Origin: a virus
Taxonomy: Duplodnaviria; Caudoviricetes
Reading direction: 5' to 3' (one strand)
Length of the DNA: 51,007 nucleotides
IMG/VR virus record: IMGVR_UViG_3300010376_000045
Span: 1 to 51,007 of that record
The position numbers were made by a program, and so were the translations under genes. Every line of letters begins with the position of its first letter. The stretch's first letter is position 1. The notes below the pieces were generated by a model that searched no databases, was not told the DNA's origin, and saw nothing but the letters and a program-made list of their open reading frames with translations. Shown piece by piece: positions 1 through 9,169 of this stretch.

Positions 1-123
1 GGCTTACGATTCCGTTGACCCAGAACTCGACCATGTCTTCTCCTTCACAAGACCTAACATTATCGGACGTTAATCGCACTCCGTTTTCTGCTCTTTTAGC
101 AGCCGCTTTACCACCTTCTCTAA
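1..123. repeat. 123-bp direct terminal repeat, left copy (circular overlap)
   Basis: 1-123 is identical to 50885-51007; the minus-strand ORF read from 50963 crosses into the repeat, consistent with a circular join. Confidence 0.95.
44..71 (-). repeat. dif/Xer-like 28-bp site, copy A (same locus as 50928-50955)
   Basis: Minus strand AACGTCCGATAATGTTAGGTCTTGTGAA; differs from copies B and C only at the 3 variable positions. Confidence 0.7.
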
Positions 124-250
124 CAAGTCAACTTGTTCTTGAGTGGTTCTTAAGGCAGTACCGCTCGATCTCGAACTCCGCTCGGGAGACGAGTCTCTCT
201 GTGATTTTGCTAAGGTCGACTTCTGGGGCATGCTTGATCCTTTTAGGCAA
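70..250 (-). pseudogene. Small, possibly frameshifted gene with local similarity to the upstream 284-1033 protein
   Basis: SD GAAGGAG and TTG at 250 give 40 aa (stop 128); frame 231-70 ends LRTTQEQVDLLEKVVKRLL, resembling IRTSQRQLEFLERVVGMVM. Confidence 0.35.
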
Positions 251-283
251 GTGTACTTACTCCTTCGTTCTTGGTTGGAAATC

Positions 284-1033
284 TTAGGCCGCCGACTTCT
301 TCTTAGGCGGACGTCCTCGCTTGATCTTGAATCCCTCGGGAACCTCGGTTCGTCCGGTCGCGATCTTGCCCGGTATGGCGCGATCGGCCATCACCATGCC
401 CACCACTCGCTCCAAAAACTCTAGCTGTCTCTGCGAGGTCCTGATCTTAGCTGAGGAGAGAAGACTCACAATCGAGTTGAAGGCGATCTTGATCGCATCG
501 TCGGCGCTTAGCTTCTGCTGTCCGTTCTTCCTGCGCTCACTCTTGATCTCCTTAAAGCGATTGCCGACCTTCTCGATGAAGGGATTCATGTCCTCGGGCT
601 TCTCGCTCTTAGGCGCTTGGAGTCCCTTAGCAGCGTTAAGGAACTCGCCAATAGGAACATTGCGGTAAGGCATCATGGATGCGCCGTAAGCGATGAGATA
701 CGCCAACTGCTCCTCGGAGAGCTTCTGGCGGGCCTTCTCGTAGAGGACCAAGCGATCGTAGCCGGTCCTCCAGCTCGCTCGATACACCTTGTCCAAGAAC
801 TCCTTGAACTGTCCTTCCTCGTTGAGGAGCTTCTTGGCTTCAAAGAGGGCTGCGGCCTCCTTGAGCGTAGCGAAGCCCTGTTCCCATTGCGCGTCTTTGA
901 CTTCTCCGGCGAACTGCCAGAGCTTGTCCTGCGTGTCTTTCTTGAGACTAGACCAGTTCGTCATCGTGTCTAGGTCTAGACTCCTTACCATCAGCGATGT
1001 TTGATGTTCCATACCCCTTGATTTCCTCTCCAT
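284..1033 (-). CDS. DUF3102-like phage protein with basic C-terminal tail
   Basis: 249 aa; LFEAKKLLNEEGQFKEFL...SWRTGY resembles DUF3102; C-terminal KRGRPPKK is AT-hook-like. Confidence 0.55.
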   Translation of the reverse strand: MERKSRGMEHQTSLMVRSLDLDTMTNWSSLKKDTQDKLWQFAGEVKDAQWEQGFATLKEAAALFEAKKLLNEEGQFKEFLDKVYRASWRTGYDRLVLYEKARQKLSEEQLAYLIAYGASMMPYRNVPIGEFLNAAKGLQAPKSEKPEDMNPFIEKVGNRFKEIKSERRKNGQQKLSADDAIKIAFNSIVSLLSSAKIRTSQRQLEFLERVVGMVMADRAIPGKIATGRTEVPEGFKIKRGRPPKKKSAA

Positions 1034-1278
1034 GCGGCTTAGCGTTTAGTCGCTTTTCTCGTCTTTGAGGCCCAGTTTTCTTTGTCCTTACGAGCTACCC
1101 CTTAAAGCAACGACCCAAATGGTCTAATTTGGGTCATACCACTAATAATTGGGGGTGTCAATGTAATCTTTGCAAAGATGAATATGACGTCATCGAAATA
1201 TTTACCCCTGTTAAATCTTTTGGGCCCTTTTGGGTGTATTATCGCCCAGTCGTAACCAGATGAGTCCGATAAGACGAA

Positions 1279-1518
1279 ATGAGCACAGCGATGAAACCTA
1301 CCGAACAATGGCGCACGCTCAAGGTGCGCCAGTCGCAATATGACGCACTCTCTCTCTGCTCCGAGGTGACCGGAAGATCCATCCTTCAGCTAGCCGACGA
1401 GGCCCTCAAGTGGTTCAACCAGACCTTTGTTCCGATCTACATGGACAACGCCCGCAAGGCTCAGGTCCAGATCCAGGCCAAGCTGAGCGCGGGGATGAAA
1501 CGGCGTAAACCGGCCTGA
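1279..1518 (+). CDS. Ribbon-helix-helix-like (Arc/CopG-type) regulator
   Basis: 79 aa; TLKVR beta strand then two helices (YDALSLCSEVTGRSILQLADEAL); first gene of a divergent operon. Confidence 0.55.
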   Translation: MSTAMKPTEQWRTLKVRQSQYDALSLCSEVTGRSILQLADEALKWFNQTFVPIYMDNARKAQVQIQAKLSAGMKRRKPA

Positions 1519-1519
1519 G

Positions 1520-1536
1520 CTGAGACAGTCTCAATT
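1520..1536 (+). promoter_or_regulatory. Putative operator CTGAGACAGTCTCAATT
   Basis: Palindrome core TGAGACNGTCTCA; recurs at 4124, 42731 and 44116. Confidence 0.65.
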
Positions 1537-1583
1537 TCCTTCCAGGTTTCCACCGGAGCCCATAAAAATAGCGGATATTTTCC

Positions 1584-1612
1584 TTGACAGGTTAATCCAC
1601 CAGACTTAGCCT
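1584..1612 (+). promoter_or_regulatory. Putative sigma70 promoter for the replication operon
   Basis: TTGACA-17 bp-TAGCCT. Confidence 0.5.
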
Positions 1613-1803
1613 TCCCCTATTCACCGACGGGTGAGTGCCCGCAGATTGGCGTGGGATAAGGCAGAGGAGATCGGGTTGGTTTCCCATGACCGGCCCGATA
1701 GCCTTCCCATTTTGCGCCTCAGGGTACTTTTGCCTTATTTTCCTTCACGCCAAATTTCCCAATTTGACGCGACCGAGAATTCGTGCGCCTTGAGAGGAGT
1801 TCT

Positions 1804-2748
1804 ATGGCGCTTCGTGCGGTCCCGGATCATCCCAAGTTCGCAAGGCTGAAAAACCTACTTCACGCGCCCAAGGGGGTAGCCATGGGATGGCTGGAAGCGG
1901 TATGGCATTTTGGAGGGCGTTTTACCCCCCAAGGGAACATCGGAAAGTACCCCGACGAAGCGATCGAAGCCTGGGTGGAATGGGACGGTAAGCCGGGTGT
2001 TTTAATCGGTGCCCTCGTTATTTCCCACTGGTTAGACCCAGATAAGGAATACCGATTGCTTATTCACGATTGGGCCGAACACGCCGATAAGGCTACCAAA
2101 AACCTACTATTAAGACGAAACCTTCAATTTTTAGTTCCCTCCGTACGTACAGAGTACGTACTCAGTACGTACGCCGAGGACATTTTTAAGTACGGTGTAC
2201 ACCCGGCGTACGGACTACCAGAGCCAGAGCCTGTACCGGAGCCTGTACCTGTGCCAGTGCCAGAGCCTGAAGGGCTATCGCCCTCGTCGGCCCTGCGGGA
2301 GCCGACGATAGTGCGTCCGACAGCTTTCGTAGAAGCCTGGAACCAACTCTGTAAAACCCTCCCCAGGGTGGAGCGGTTTTCCGACTCCCGCCGAAAGAAG
2401 GTTCATGCCCGAATCAACCAGGGGGTTACCCTCGAGCAGTTTGAGCGAGCGGTTCGAGCCTGTACGGAAAAGCCATTTCTTCGTGGTGAGGGGGAACGCG
2501 GATGGATGGCAACGTTCGATTGGTTAATCGACAACGATCGCAATATCGAAAAAGCCATAACCGGGTATAACGGCGTGTCCAAAGTAGGCGCTAATGGAAA
2601 AGGCGATAGCATTGTCGAAATCGCAGGACAGCTCATTTGCGAGCATTATTCTGGCCCTGACACAATTGGCGATATTCCGTGGGGCGAAGATGGACAGGAA
2701 TCAGCTTTCTCTCTTCGCGAAGAGGTTGGTCCAGGAAAACGTCAATGA
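1804..2748 (+). CDS. Phage replication initiator (lambda O/DnaD-like replisome organizer)
   Basis: SD GAGGAG before ATG 1804; N-terminal DHPKF..L domain, PEPEPVPEP linker, C-terminal GWMATFDWL domain; internal repeats. Confidence 0.75.
   Translation: MALRAVPDHPKFARLKNLLHAPKGVAMGWLEAVWHFGGRFTPQGNIGKYPDEAIEAWVEWDGKPGVLIGALVISHWLDPDKEYRLLIHDWAEHADKATKNLLLRRNLQFLVPSVRTEYVLSTYAEDIFKYGVHPAYGLPEPEPVPEPVPVPVPEPEGLSPSSALREPTIVRPTAFVEAWNQLCKTLPRVERFSDSRRKKVHARINQGVTLEQFERAVRACTEKPFLRGEGERGWMATFDWLIDNDRNIEKAITGYNGVSKVGANGKGDSIVEIAGQLICEHYSGPDTIGDIPWGEDGQESAFSLREEVGPGKRQ
2141..2250. repeat. GTAC/GTACGTAC iteron cluster, probable replication origin
   Basis: CCGTACGTACAGAGTACGTACTCAGTACGTACG plus further GTAC units inside the initiator gene, as in lambdoid ori. 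Confidence 0.55.
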
Positions 2749-3088
2749 CGTTTGTGCAGCCCTAAAGGCCCTCGAGGAGATGCCGCGCAAGGAAGGCGAG
2801 AGCGCCTTGCCGGACATCGGGACCATCCTCGAGGTGGTCGACGCCCAAAAGCGGGCACGACAGGCGCGGGAGTCGAACGCTGCCGAAGAGCGGTTTCTAC
2901 TCTGGCAGTGCCCGATCTGCGGGGTTCGTATGTCGGGCTTTGTGCGCCCCGGGGCGTCGCGATTGCGCTACTGCCACGGGATTCCCAGGAAGCACACCTA
3001 TCGCCCTGGCGAGGTCTGCGGCGGGGTTCTCAACGTGATTGCGGACATACCCGCCAAGGCGGCGAACGAGGCTGCGTTCCATGGCTAG
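2594..3088 (+). CDS. Putative helicase loader-like protein with Zn-ribbon
   Basis: Directly follows the initiator; ALPDIGTILE motif; CPIC...C cysteines; alternative start 2690. Confidence 0.45.
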   Translation: MEKAIALSKSQDSSFASIILALTQLAIFRGAKMDRNQLSLFAKRLVQENVNDVCAALKALEEMPRKEGESALPDIGTILEVVDAQKRARQARESNAAEERFLLWQCPICGVRMSGFVRPGASRLRYCHGIPRKHTYRPGEVCGGVLNVIADIPAKAANEAAFHG

Positions 3089-3554
3089 GGGACGCAGGCC
3101 AGAGAATCTGCGGCGGGCCGCCAGGACCCTCGAGTACGAGTTGACGAAGGGCGAGGCCAAGGGCATTACGGAAACGTTTCTCGACCAGCTTGATCACTGC
3201 AAAAACGAATCGGCGCGACGGGTGCTCTTAGGCAAGGGACGAACGGAGGATGACCAGATGCTGACTACAACCCACGGGCAGTGGAAACACAATCACACCG
3301 ATCACACTCTGAACTTCGGGCGGGGGCTTTACACCATCGACCTGCTAATGATTCACTCGAGCGCCGAGTTGCTGGACTGGATTTTCCAGATCAACCAGAA
3401 GACCTGGGCAACGGCGATCGTGATGCAGGATCTCCTGAATGCCTTTGACGAGATCTTCGATCCCCAGGCGAACCTCTGCCCCTGTGGCGAAGATCGTCGC
3501 TTGCCCAAGAGCTACCTGTTCAACCAGGAGGAAAACCATGTACCGGCTGAATAG
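3081..3554 (+). CDS. Hypothetical phage protein
   Basis: ORF overlaps the upstream stop; operon context. Confidence 0.55.
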   Translation: MARGRRPENLRRAARTLEYELTKGEAKGITETFLDQLDHCKNESARRVLLGKGRTEDDQMLTTTHGQWKHNHTDHTLNFGRGLYTIDLLMIHSSAELLDWIFQINQKTWATAIVMQDLLNAFDEIFDPQANLCPCGEDRRLPKSYLFNQEENHVPAE

Positions 3555-3921
3555 CGAACTGTGGCCGCAGCGGGACCCGATCACCGGGCGAGAGCTGTGT
3601 CATGCTTGCTGGAACCACAAGCACCAGGACTGCGGCTTGATGCACGACGAGTTCGGCCACATCCGTTGCGATCATTACCAGCTTCACGTGAGCCGCGGCG
3701 GCAGGATCGGGCACGCCGGGATCTGCGACTGCAAGCACGAGTGCGATTACTATCACTTTTCGGAAGCTGACTACGCCGCCGAAGAACGGGCGCGGCACTT
3801 GAAGAACCGGCGCGAGCAGCGGGCCACGATGCAGGCGATGCTCGATGACGAAGCGAATCCGCTGCGGGCGGTGAACCCGGATTACCGCTCGCCGGCTCGC
3901 GGTAAGAGGCCGGGAGCGTAA
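3538..3921 (+). CDS. Cys/His-rich hypothetical protein
   Basis: SD GGAGG and ATG 3538; CHACWNHKH, CDCKHEC. Confidence 0.6.
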   Translation: MYRLNSELWPQRDPITGRELCHACWNHKHQDCGLMHDEFGHIRCDHYQLHVSRGGRIGHAGICDCKHECDYYHFSEADYAAEERARHLKNRREQRATMQAMLDDEANPLRAVNPDYRSPARGKRPGA

Positions 3922-3960
3922 ACATCTTGCCAGCGAGGAAAAGATCAAGTTATTTTCGGA

Positions 3961-4191
3961 ATGGTGGAAACAATGGCACATTGTATGCGTTGCAATCACG
4001 AATGGACGTCGCGTCTCAGTCGGCGGCCTAAGAGGTGTCCAGCGTGTACGGCGACTTCGTGGGATCGGGAGCTGAAGAAGCGGGGGCGCAAGCCGCGGGT
4101 GGTCCTGATGGCCAAGGCTATCGCTGAGACAGTCACAATTCCTGACCCCCTGGAGCAGGCGCGGGAAATTTTGAGGAGGATCAGTGCTTGA
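3961..4191 (+). CDS. Zinc-ribbon protein with basic tail
   Basis: HCMRCNHEWTSR..RPKRCPACTATSWD, then KKRGRKPR. Confidence 0.65.
   Translation: MVETMAHCMRCNHEWTSRLSRRPKRCPACTATSWDRELKKRGRKPRVVLMAKAIAETVTIPDPLEQAREILRRISA
4124..4140 (+). promoter_or_regulatory. Operator-like site, one mismatch to 1520
   Basis: CTGAGACAGTCACAATT, about 45 bp upstream of the XRE gene. Confidence 0.45.
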
Positions 4192-4447
4192 GTTCAAAAC
4201 AATTTCGCGCATCGCCCGGGTGCTGATGGATATGAACCAGACGCAACTGAGCGTGGCTTTGGGCCTGGACATCGGAACAGTTTCCGCCTGGGAGCGGGGC
4301 ATTAGTATGCCCACCGAGCGGCACCGCAAGGCGTTCGAGGCGCTGTGCGTGAAGCGCAACGTGGGCTTCGCCAAAAACGGCATGCCGGTGCTGATGGATT
4401 CCGACTGGCTGCGCATGATTGAGCAGTCTGGGGAGAGAGTGGCATGA
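4184..4447 (+). CDS. XRE/Cro-family HTH regulator
   Basis: IARVLMDMNQTQLSVALGLDIGTVSAWERGISMP is a typical XRE HTH. Confidence 0.85.
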   Translation: MLEFKTISRIARVLMDMNQTQLSVALGLDIGTVSAWERGISMPTERHRKAFEALCVKRNVGFAKNGMPVLMDSDWLRMIEQSGERVA

Positions 4448-4806
4448 CCGAGACCGCGGTGAATCTTCCTCTCGACGGCAGCGAGATCCGGCAGATTATC
4501 TTGCAGCGCCTGGAAAAGCGTATGGAGCTGAACTCCGTGCTCGCGATCGGGATCGCCTATCCGGGATTTGAGTACGACCTGACCTTCGTGATCAAGGTCG
4601 ATCATCCCAGCGTGCAGCCCACCACGGTCTGGGATCGCGGCAAGGAAGGCAGCGTGGGGTCTGGTGCCCAGGAGATCAATCTCAGCGAGAAGTATGCGAG
4701 TAAGACTCCGAACGTGGAACGCCAGGACAACGGGCTCGATCTGACCATCGAGACCACCAACGCCAAGGGCAAAAAAGACTTCAAGAAGATCAGGATCAAG
4801 ACCTAG
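4444..4806 (+). CDS. Hypothetical protein
   Basis: 120 aa; ATGA overlap with the upstream gene. Confidence 0.65.
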   Translation: MTETAVNLPLDGSEIRQIILQRLEKRMELNSVLAIGIAYPGFEYDLTFVIKVDHPSVQPTTVWDRGKEGSVGSGAQEINLSEKYASKTPNVERQDNGLDLTIETTNAKGKKDFKKIRIKT

Positions 4807-4808
4807 CC

Positions 4809-4982
4809 ATGCAGGTGATGAATGATGCTGTTGAACGTTTAGCCTACGCCATCGGCAGACTCGCTGATGCCATCGACAGGTACTGTAAGCTCAACGAGCC
4901 GCAGCCACGGGAAGCAAAGCCCGCAGTGGTATCTCATGCAACCTATGACCGCAAACAAAGCCAAGCCGAAAGAGAGCTTTAA
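4809..4982 (+). CDS. Small hypothetical protein (57 aa, absent from the ORF track)
   Basis: MQVMNDAVERLAYAIGRLADAIDRYCK... fills the gap between neighbouring genes. Confidence 0.45.
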   Translation: MQVMNDAVERLAYAIGRLADAIDRYCKLNEPQPREAKPAVVSHATYDRKQSQAEREL

Positions 4983-5667
4983 GAGCGCTTCGGGGAAACG
5001 TCCACGCAAAGACTTTCCTGACTTTCGGGAACGCAATCATCGCGACCGACGCTTGGGGCTTCTGGGAATCACCGCCGCGCAGGTGGACAGCGAGGCCCGC
5101 ATTCAGCCGCTGCTCAAGCGAGCCGGCCTCAACACCGAAGGGGTAGTGGAGATTCTTTCCGCGGATCCATCCGAAGAAGCGCAGAAGTTTGTTGCCATGT
5201 ATCGCAAGGTCCCGCGTGACGATCGCACCCGCATCTCTGTCGAGGCTTTTGCGATCGCCGCTGGCATGACTACACGTCGGCTTTGGGAGGTGCTGTGTGG
5301 CGCTGCCATGCAGCAGGGGCGGGACACGGTAGCGTTGATGGTGAGCGTGGCGCAGCCGGATGTAGTGGCGCGGACTATCAAGCAGGCCAAGACCGTGAAG
5401 GGCCTCTACGATCGCGAGCACCTGTTCAAGGCGGTCGGCTTTCTTCCTGTCAACAAGGGTCAGCAGATCTTTATCAACTCCAGGCCCGTGGACGAGAAGG
5501 AAGTTGAGGATGACACCGACGGCACCGGGTCCTTGCCCACCATGGACCAGTTTTTATTGGATGTTCAGCAGGTAATTAGTCCGACAAGGGCGTTACCCAC
5601 TTCGACGGCAAAAGAAGTGGCTGGTTCAGAATTTATGGAATTTCCTGCTGGAGATTTGGGTGTATGA
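4945..5667 (+). CDS. Candidate terminase small subunit
   Basis: Position upstream of the large terminase; HTH-like ISVEAFAIAAGMTTRRLW; function inferred from position only. Confidence 0.4.
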   Translation: MTANKAKPKESFKSASGKRPRKDFPDFRERNHRDRRLGLLGITAAQVDSEARIQPLLKRAGLNTEGVVEILSADPSEEAQKFVAMYRKVPRDDRTRISVEAFAIAAGMTTRRLWEVLCGAAMQQGRDTVALMVSVAQPDVVARTIKQAKTVKGLYDREHLFKAVGFLPVNKGQQIFINSRPVDEKEVEDDTDGTGSLPTMDQFLLDVQQVISPTRALPTSTAKEVAGSEFMEFPAGDLGV

Positions 5668-6416
5668 GGATCATGGAAATCCCACTCACCCGGGGATTTG
5701 CTGCGCTAGTGGACGAGTCGGACTATGAGATAGTCGCGCCCTTCAAGTGGTATGCAAGGACCCTTACGGGAACAAGTCTCACCTACGCGCTTCGCGCTGA
5801 AAGGTGCGATTCAGTGGAGAATGGTGGTCGAGATCAAAGAACCTTGCTGATGCATAGGGTCCTACTGGCTGTTCCTAAAGGGATTTCGGTAGATCATATA
5901 AATCATAATGGTGTAGATAATCGGCGATGCAACCTTCGGACATGTACACAGGCCGAAAACTGCATGAACCGAAGGTTAGAGTTTCCGGGAGGGAGACAAA
6001 TTGTTACACGAATTCACCGAGTTGCAATACAGCACCGACCGCGAAGGACCGTGGGCGCTCTATGTGTACTACCCCAATGGCTACTACTCCGGTCGTCAGT
6101 GGTTTGGCCGGGCCATCAAGTACCCGGATGAAGAGATCACCATCGCCGAGGCCAAGGCGCGGGCCGATGCGGCCATCGCCGCTGGCAACGAGGTCCGCGT
6201 TTGCGACGGCGGCGACATGCTGACGTTTCACTCCAAGGATGGCAAGACCATCTACGGCGAAGACTTCTGGGAGGGGATCGCACAATGACCCTCCAGATAC
6301 TGGGCATCGCCATACCAGAAGAAGCCGCTCACGCTTATGATGCCGCAGCAGTTAAGGCGTTCGGTTCTTTTGCATCTACCAACGTAATGCTGGGACTACT
6401 TTCAGCACACACCTAA
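5664..6416 (+). pseudogene. HNH-AP2 homing endonuclease disrupted by a foreign segment
   Basis: HNH half (EIPLTRG...VDHINHNGVDNRRCNLR) runs to ~5972; AP2 tail (PEEAAHAYDAAAVKAFGSFA) resumes at ~6315. Confidence 0.8.
6001..6288 (+). CDS. Hypothetical protein inserted into the HNH gene
   Basis: SD GGAGGGAG and TTG; 95 aa; more GC-rich than the flanking HNH sequence. Confidence 0.7.
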   Translation: MLHEFTELQYSTDREGPWALYVYYPNGYYSGRQWFGRAIKYPDEEITIAEAKARADAAIAAGNEVRVCDGGDMLTFHSKDGKTIYGEDFWEGIAQ

Positions 6417-6431
6417 AAGTGGCGGTGACTT

Positions 6432-8582
6432 ATCTTCGCAGAGTCGCGCATCGTCGCCAAGCTGGCCGCCTTTAAGGAGAAGTTTGGCTGGCAGCCGATC
6501 CACCATAGCGTGGACGAAGTCGATCGCTGGGTCAGTCATCTCAAGTCGATAACCGAGATGGACCCAAAAGGACGCATCTTCCTTAAAAGGAACCTGCGCC
6601 AGAAGGAAATTAATTTTATCTCCAACGAGCGGGCCCTCTGCGCCATTGACTGCGGCTATTATCTCACCCGCTACTACTGGATCAGCGCCGACAACCGGCT
6701 CATGCACTTTGCGTTTCGATCCGGCCAGCAGGTGTTCTATCGCATCCTGCAAGAGCTGGACGCGGACAACCTCTCCAAGGAGTTGCAATGCCTGAAGGCG
6801 CGGCAGCAAGGTATTTCCACCCTGGTCGAAGGAATCATTTCCTGGATGGTGCTGTTCATCCCCGGCGTGAAGGCTGCCATCGCTTCCGCCGACGGGCAGA
6901 AGACCAGCATCATGCTGGGCATGCTGACACTTGCGATCGACATGTTGCCCTGGTGGCTGCCGCCCACGCAGACCCAGGACAAACGATCGAGTGACCGGGC
7001 CCTGCTGGGCTTTGCCAATATCGGCTCGATGGTTATGGTGCAGCCGGGATCGATGCGTGGCGGTATCGCCCAGGGCACCACGCCCACGGCGATTCATCTC
7101 TCCGAGGTCTGCGATTACACCGATCCCCAGACTCAGATCGAAGAAGGTTTATTGAAGGCGGTGCATTCGAGCCCTGAAATCTTCATGGTGTTCGAGTCGA
7201 CCGGCAATGGCAATACCGGCTGGTGGGCCGACCAGTGGCGGAACAACAAGGAGTTCTACGCGCAGGGCAAGGCGCGTCTGCTGCCGCTGTTCTTGCCCTG
7301 GTTCATGACCCCGGAACTCTATCCCACGTCGACCTGGATCCAGAAGTTCCCGATTGTTAGCGGGTGGCAGCCCTCGGCGGATACCAAGGCGCATGTGGCT
7401 AAGTGCCAAGCCTACGTGGCGTCGACGCAGATGCTGGCGCGGGTGCTGGGTAAGGGTTGGACACTGCCCATCGAGCAGCAGTGGTTCTGGGAGTTTAACT
7501 ACCAGGACGCCAAGCGCCGGCGTATGGAGAAGAGCTGGCTGCGGCAGATGCCGGCGGATGATTACGAGGCCTTGCAAGGCCAGAACGACATGGTCTACGG
7601 CGATGATGCCATCGTGCAAATCGACTCCCAGGTGGCGACCGGCGATGAGACGCAACTCTTCGCCGTGGCCGGCGAGGGTATCGAGAAACGCCATGAGCCC
7701 GACGTGGGGGAGGTCTGGTATGGCGAGGATTCGCCGGAGAGGCCGAAGTGTGATTGGATGACGCCCAAGGGCGAGAAGCTGGAGTGGATGTTCGTGCCGT
7801 TATCCAGGTATGGACTCGGCAAGCCAGGATTTGATCCGCTTAAGAAGTTTCTGATCTGGGAAGAGCCGCAGCCGGGGCAGGATTACTCCATCGGCGTCGA
7901 CTCCGGCACCGGAGTGGGCGGTGACCGTTCGGTGATTTGCGTAACCAAGACCGGTTACGACGCCGAGTGCGATGTGCAGGTGGCGGAGTTTGCCGCCGAC
8001 GATATCTCGAATACCGAGATCTACGCCTGGGTGGCCGCGGCCTCTGCGTACTACGCCAAGTACATGACCGAGCGTCCTCATCCCAAGCTCATCATCGAGC
8101 AGCGCCGGAAGTATGGCGACACCTGCCAGCACCAGTTGCGCCTGATGGGCATGAAGCGCATGCACGAGTTTGTGTACTACGACAAGAAGCAATTCCGCGA
8201 GCGGTCGAACTCCAATCAGGCTAGGATCGGTTGGTTCACCAACGCCTGGTCGCGGCCCATGCTCTTGGGCACGTTCAAGGACGCAATTGAGAATGGCTGG
8301 TTCGTGATCAAGAGTCCCTGGCTGGCGATCGAGGCCAAGGAGCAGGAGCAGGTGGTGCTGGCCTCCGGCCTGACGAGAATGGATCACGCCTCCGGGAAGC
8401 ATGACGACCGCATCTTCGCCGCGGCCATGAGCTACTTCACCCTGCACCACAAAGATGTTTTGGCGGAACGCAGCAAAAAACGCTATTCTTTTGCCGTAAA
8501 TGAGCCGATGATTATCGACACCCGGCCTTACGCCATTGAAGTGGAACTTGGCAAGGGGAAATTATGGGCAACCTCACGCTGA
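6432..8582 (+). CDS. terL: Terminase large subunit
   Basis: Walker A LKARQQGIST, Walker B IHLSE, coupling motif FESTGNG, nuclease motifs IGVDSGTG and HDDRIFA; frame is open from 6429, first canonical start is GTG 6510. Confidence 0.93.
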   Translation: MFAESRIVAKLAAFKEKFGWQPIHHSVDEVDRWVSHLKSITEMDPKGRIFLKRNLRQKEINFISNERALCAIDCGYYLTRYYWISADNRLMHFAFRSGQQVFYRILQELDADNLSKELQCLKARQQGISTLVEGIISWMVLFIPGVKAAIASADGQKTSIMLGMLTLAIDMLPWWLPPTQTQDKRSSDRALLGFANIGSMVMVQPGSMRGGIAQGTTPTAIHLSEVCDYTDPQTQIEEGLLKAVHSSPEIFMVFESTGNGNTGWWADQWRNNKEFYAQGKARLLPLFLPWFMTPELYPTSTWIQKFPIVSGWQPSADTKAHVAKCQAYVASTQMLARVLGKGWTLPIEQQWFWEFNYQDAKRRRMEKSWLRQMPADDYEALQGQNDMVYGDDAIVQIDSQVATGDETQLFAVAGEGIEKRHEPDVGEVWYGEDSPERPKCDWMTPKGEKLEWMFVPLSRYGLGKPGFDPLKKFLIWEEPQPGQDYSIGVDSGTGVGGDRSVICVTKTGYDAECDVQVAEFAADDISNTEIYAWVAAASAYYAKYMTERPHPKLIIEQRRKYGDTCQHQLRLMGMKRMHEFVYYDKKQFRERSNSNQARIGWFTNAWSRPMLLGTFKDAIENGWFVIKSPWLAIEAKEQEQVVLASGLTRMDHASGKHDDRIFAAAMSYFTLHHKDVLAERSKKRYSFAVNEPMIIDTRPYAIEVELGKGKLWATSR

Positions 8583-8713
8583 GAACGTGGCATGCGCCCA
8601 TGCTCTATGACGGGCCTCCGCTGGGCTGGGGCATGGTGGACGGTCCCCGGCGTGGAAGCTGGCGGCTGATGGTCTGGTTCCGGCAGAGAGTGATTTGCCT
8701 CGCGAGGGATTGA

Positions 8714-9169
8714 ATGGAAGACATTCGCCAGTTTGAGACGGTGCGCTATTTCGTTTCCCAGGCCGGGAGGGTCGTGCCCGCCCCCGACAACCGGGTCACT
8801 GCCGAGCAGTGTGGTTTTCGGGGTTGGCAGACCTGCGACGCCACCGGCGCGGCGGAAATTGAGAGTCTCTCAATTCGCCTTGCCAGGCAGCGGTTCAACG
8901 ACAAGCAGAACATGACCGCCCAGCAGCACCTCCGTGAGAAAGCCTTCCGCGAGCGGCTCAAGGCTAACGCCAGAATCCGCATCGCCATGAACTTCTCGGA
9001 GAAAGATGTGGAGTGGAATAAGCGCATGCTGCGGCGGATGGAAGAGCAGGAGCGTCTGCTTGAGGCGGTGATCTTCGCTTCGTTTGATCCCACCACCAGG
9101 AAGAGCGGTTTTGAGATGGAAGAGAAAGAAGCTTCGCCGGCAACCAAGCGGGAAGGAATAGCGGCATGA
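8714..9169 (+). CDS. Hypothetical protein between terminase and portal
   Basis: 151 aa with SD GAGG. Confidence 0.65.
   Translation: MEDIRQFETVRYFVSQAGRVVPAPDNRVTAEQCGFRGWQTCDATGAAEIESLSIRLARQRFNDKQNMTAQQHLREKAFRERLKANARIRIAMNFSEKDVEWNKRMLRRMEEQERLLEAVIFASFDPTTRKSGFEMEEKEASPATKREGIAA

Noticed and set aside
1-123. Terminal repeat as a biological phage DTR
   Set aside because: It cuts through coding sequence and is of typical assembler overlap size, so circular overlap is more likely; read data would be needed
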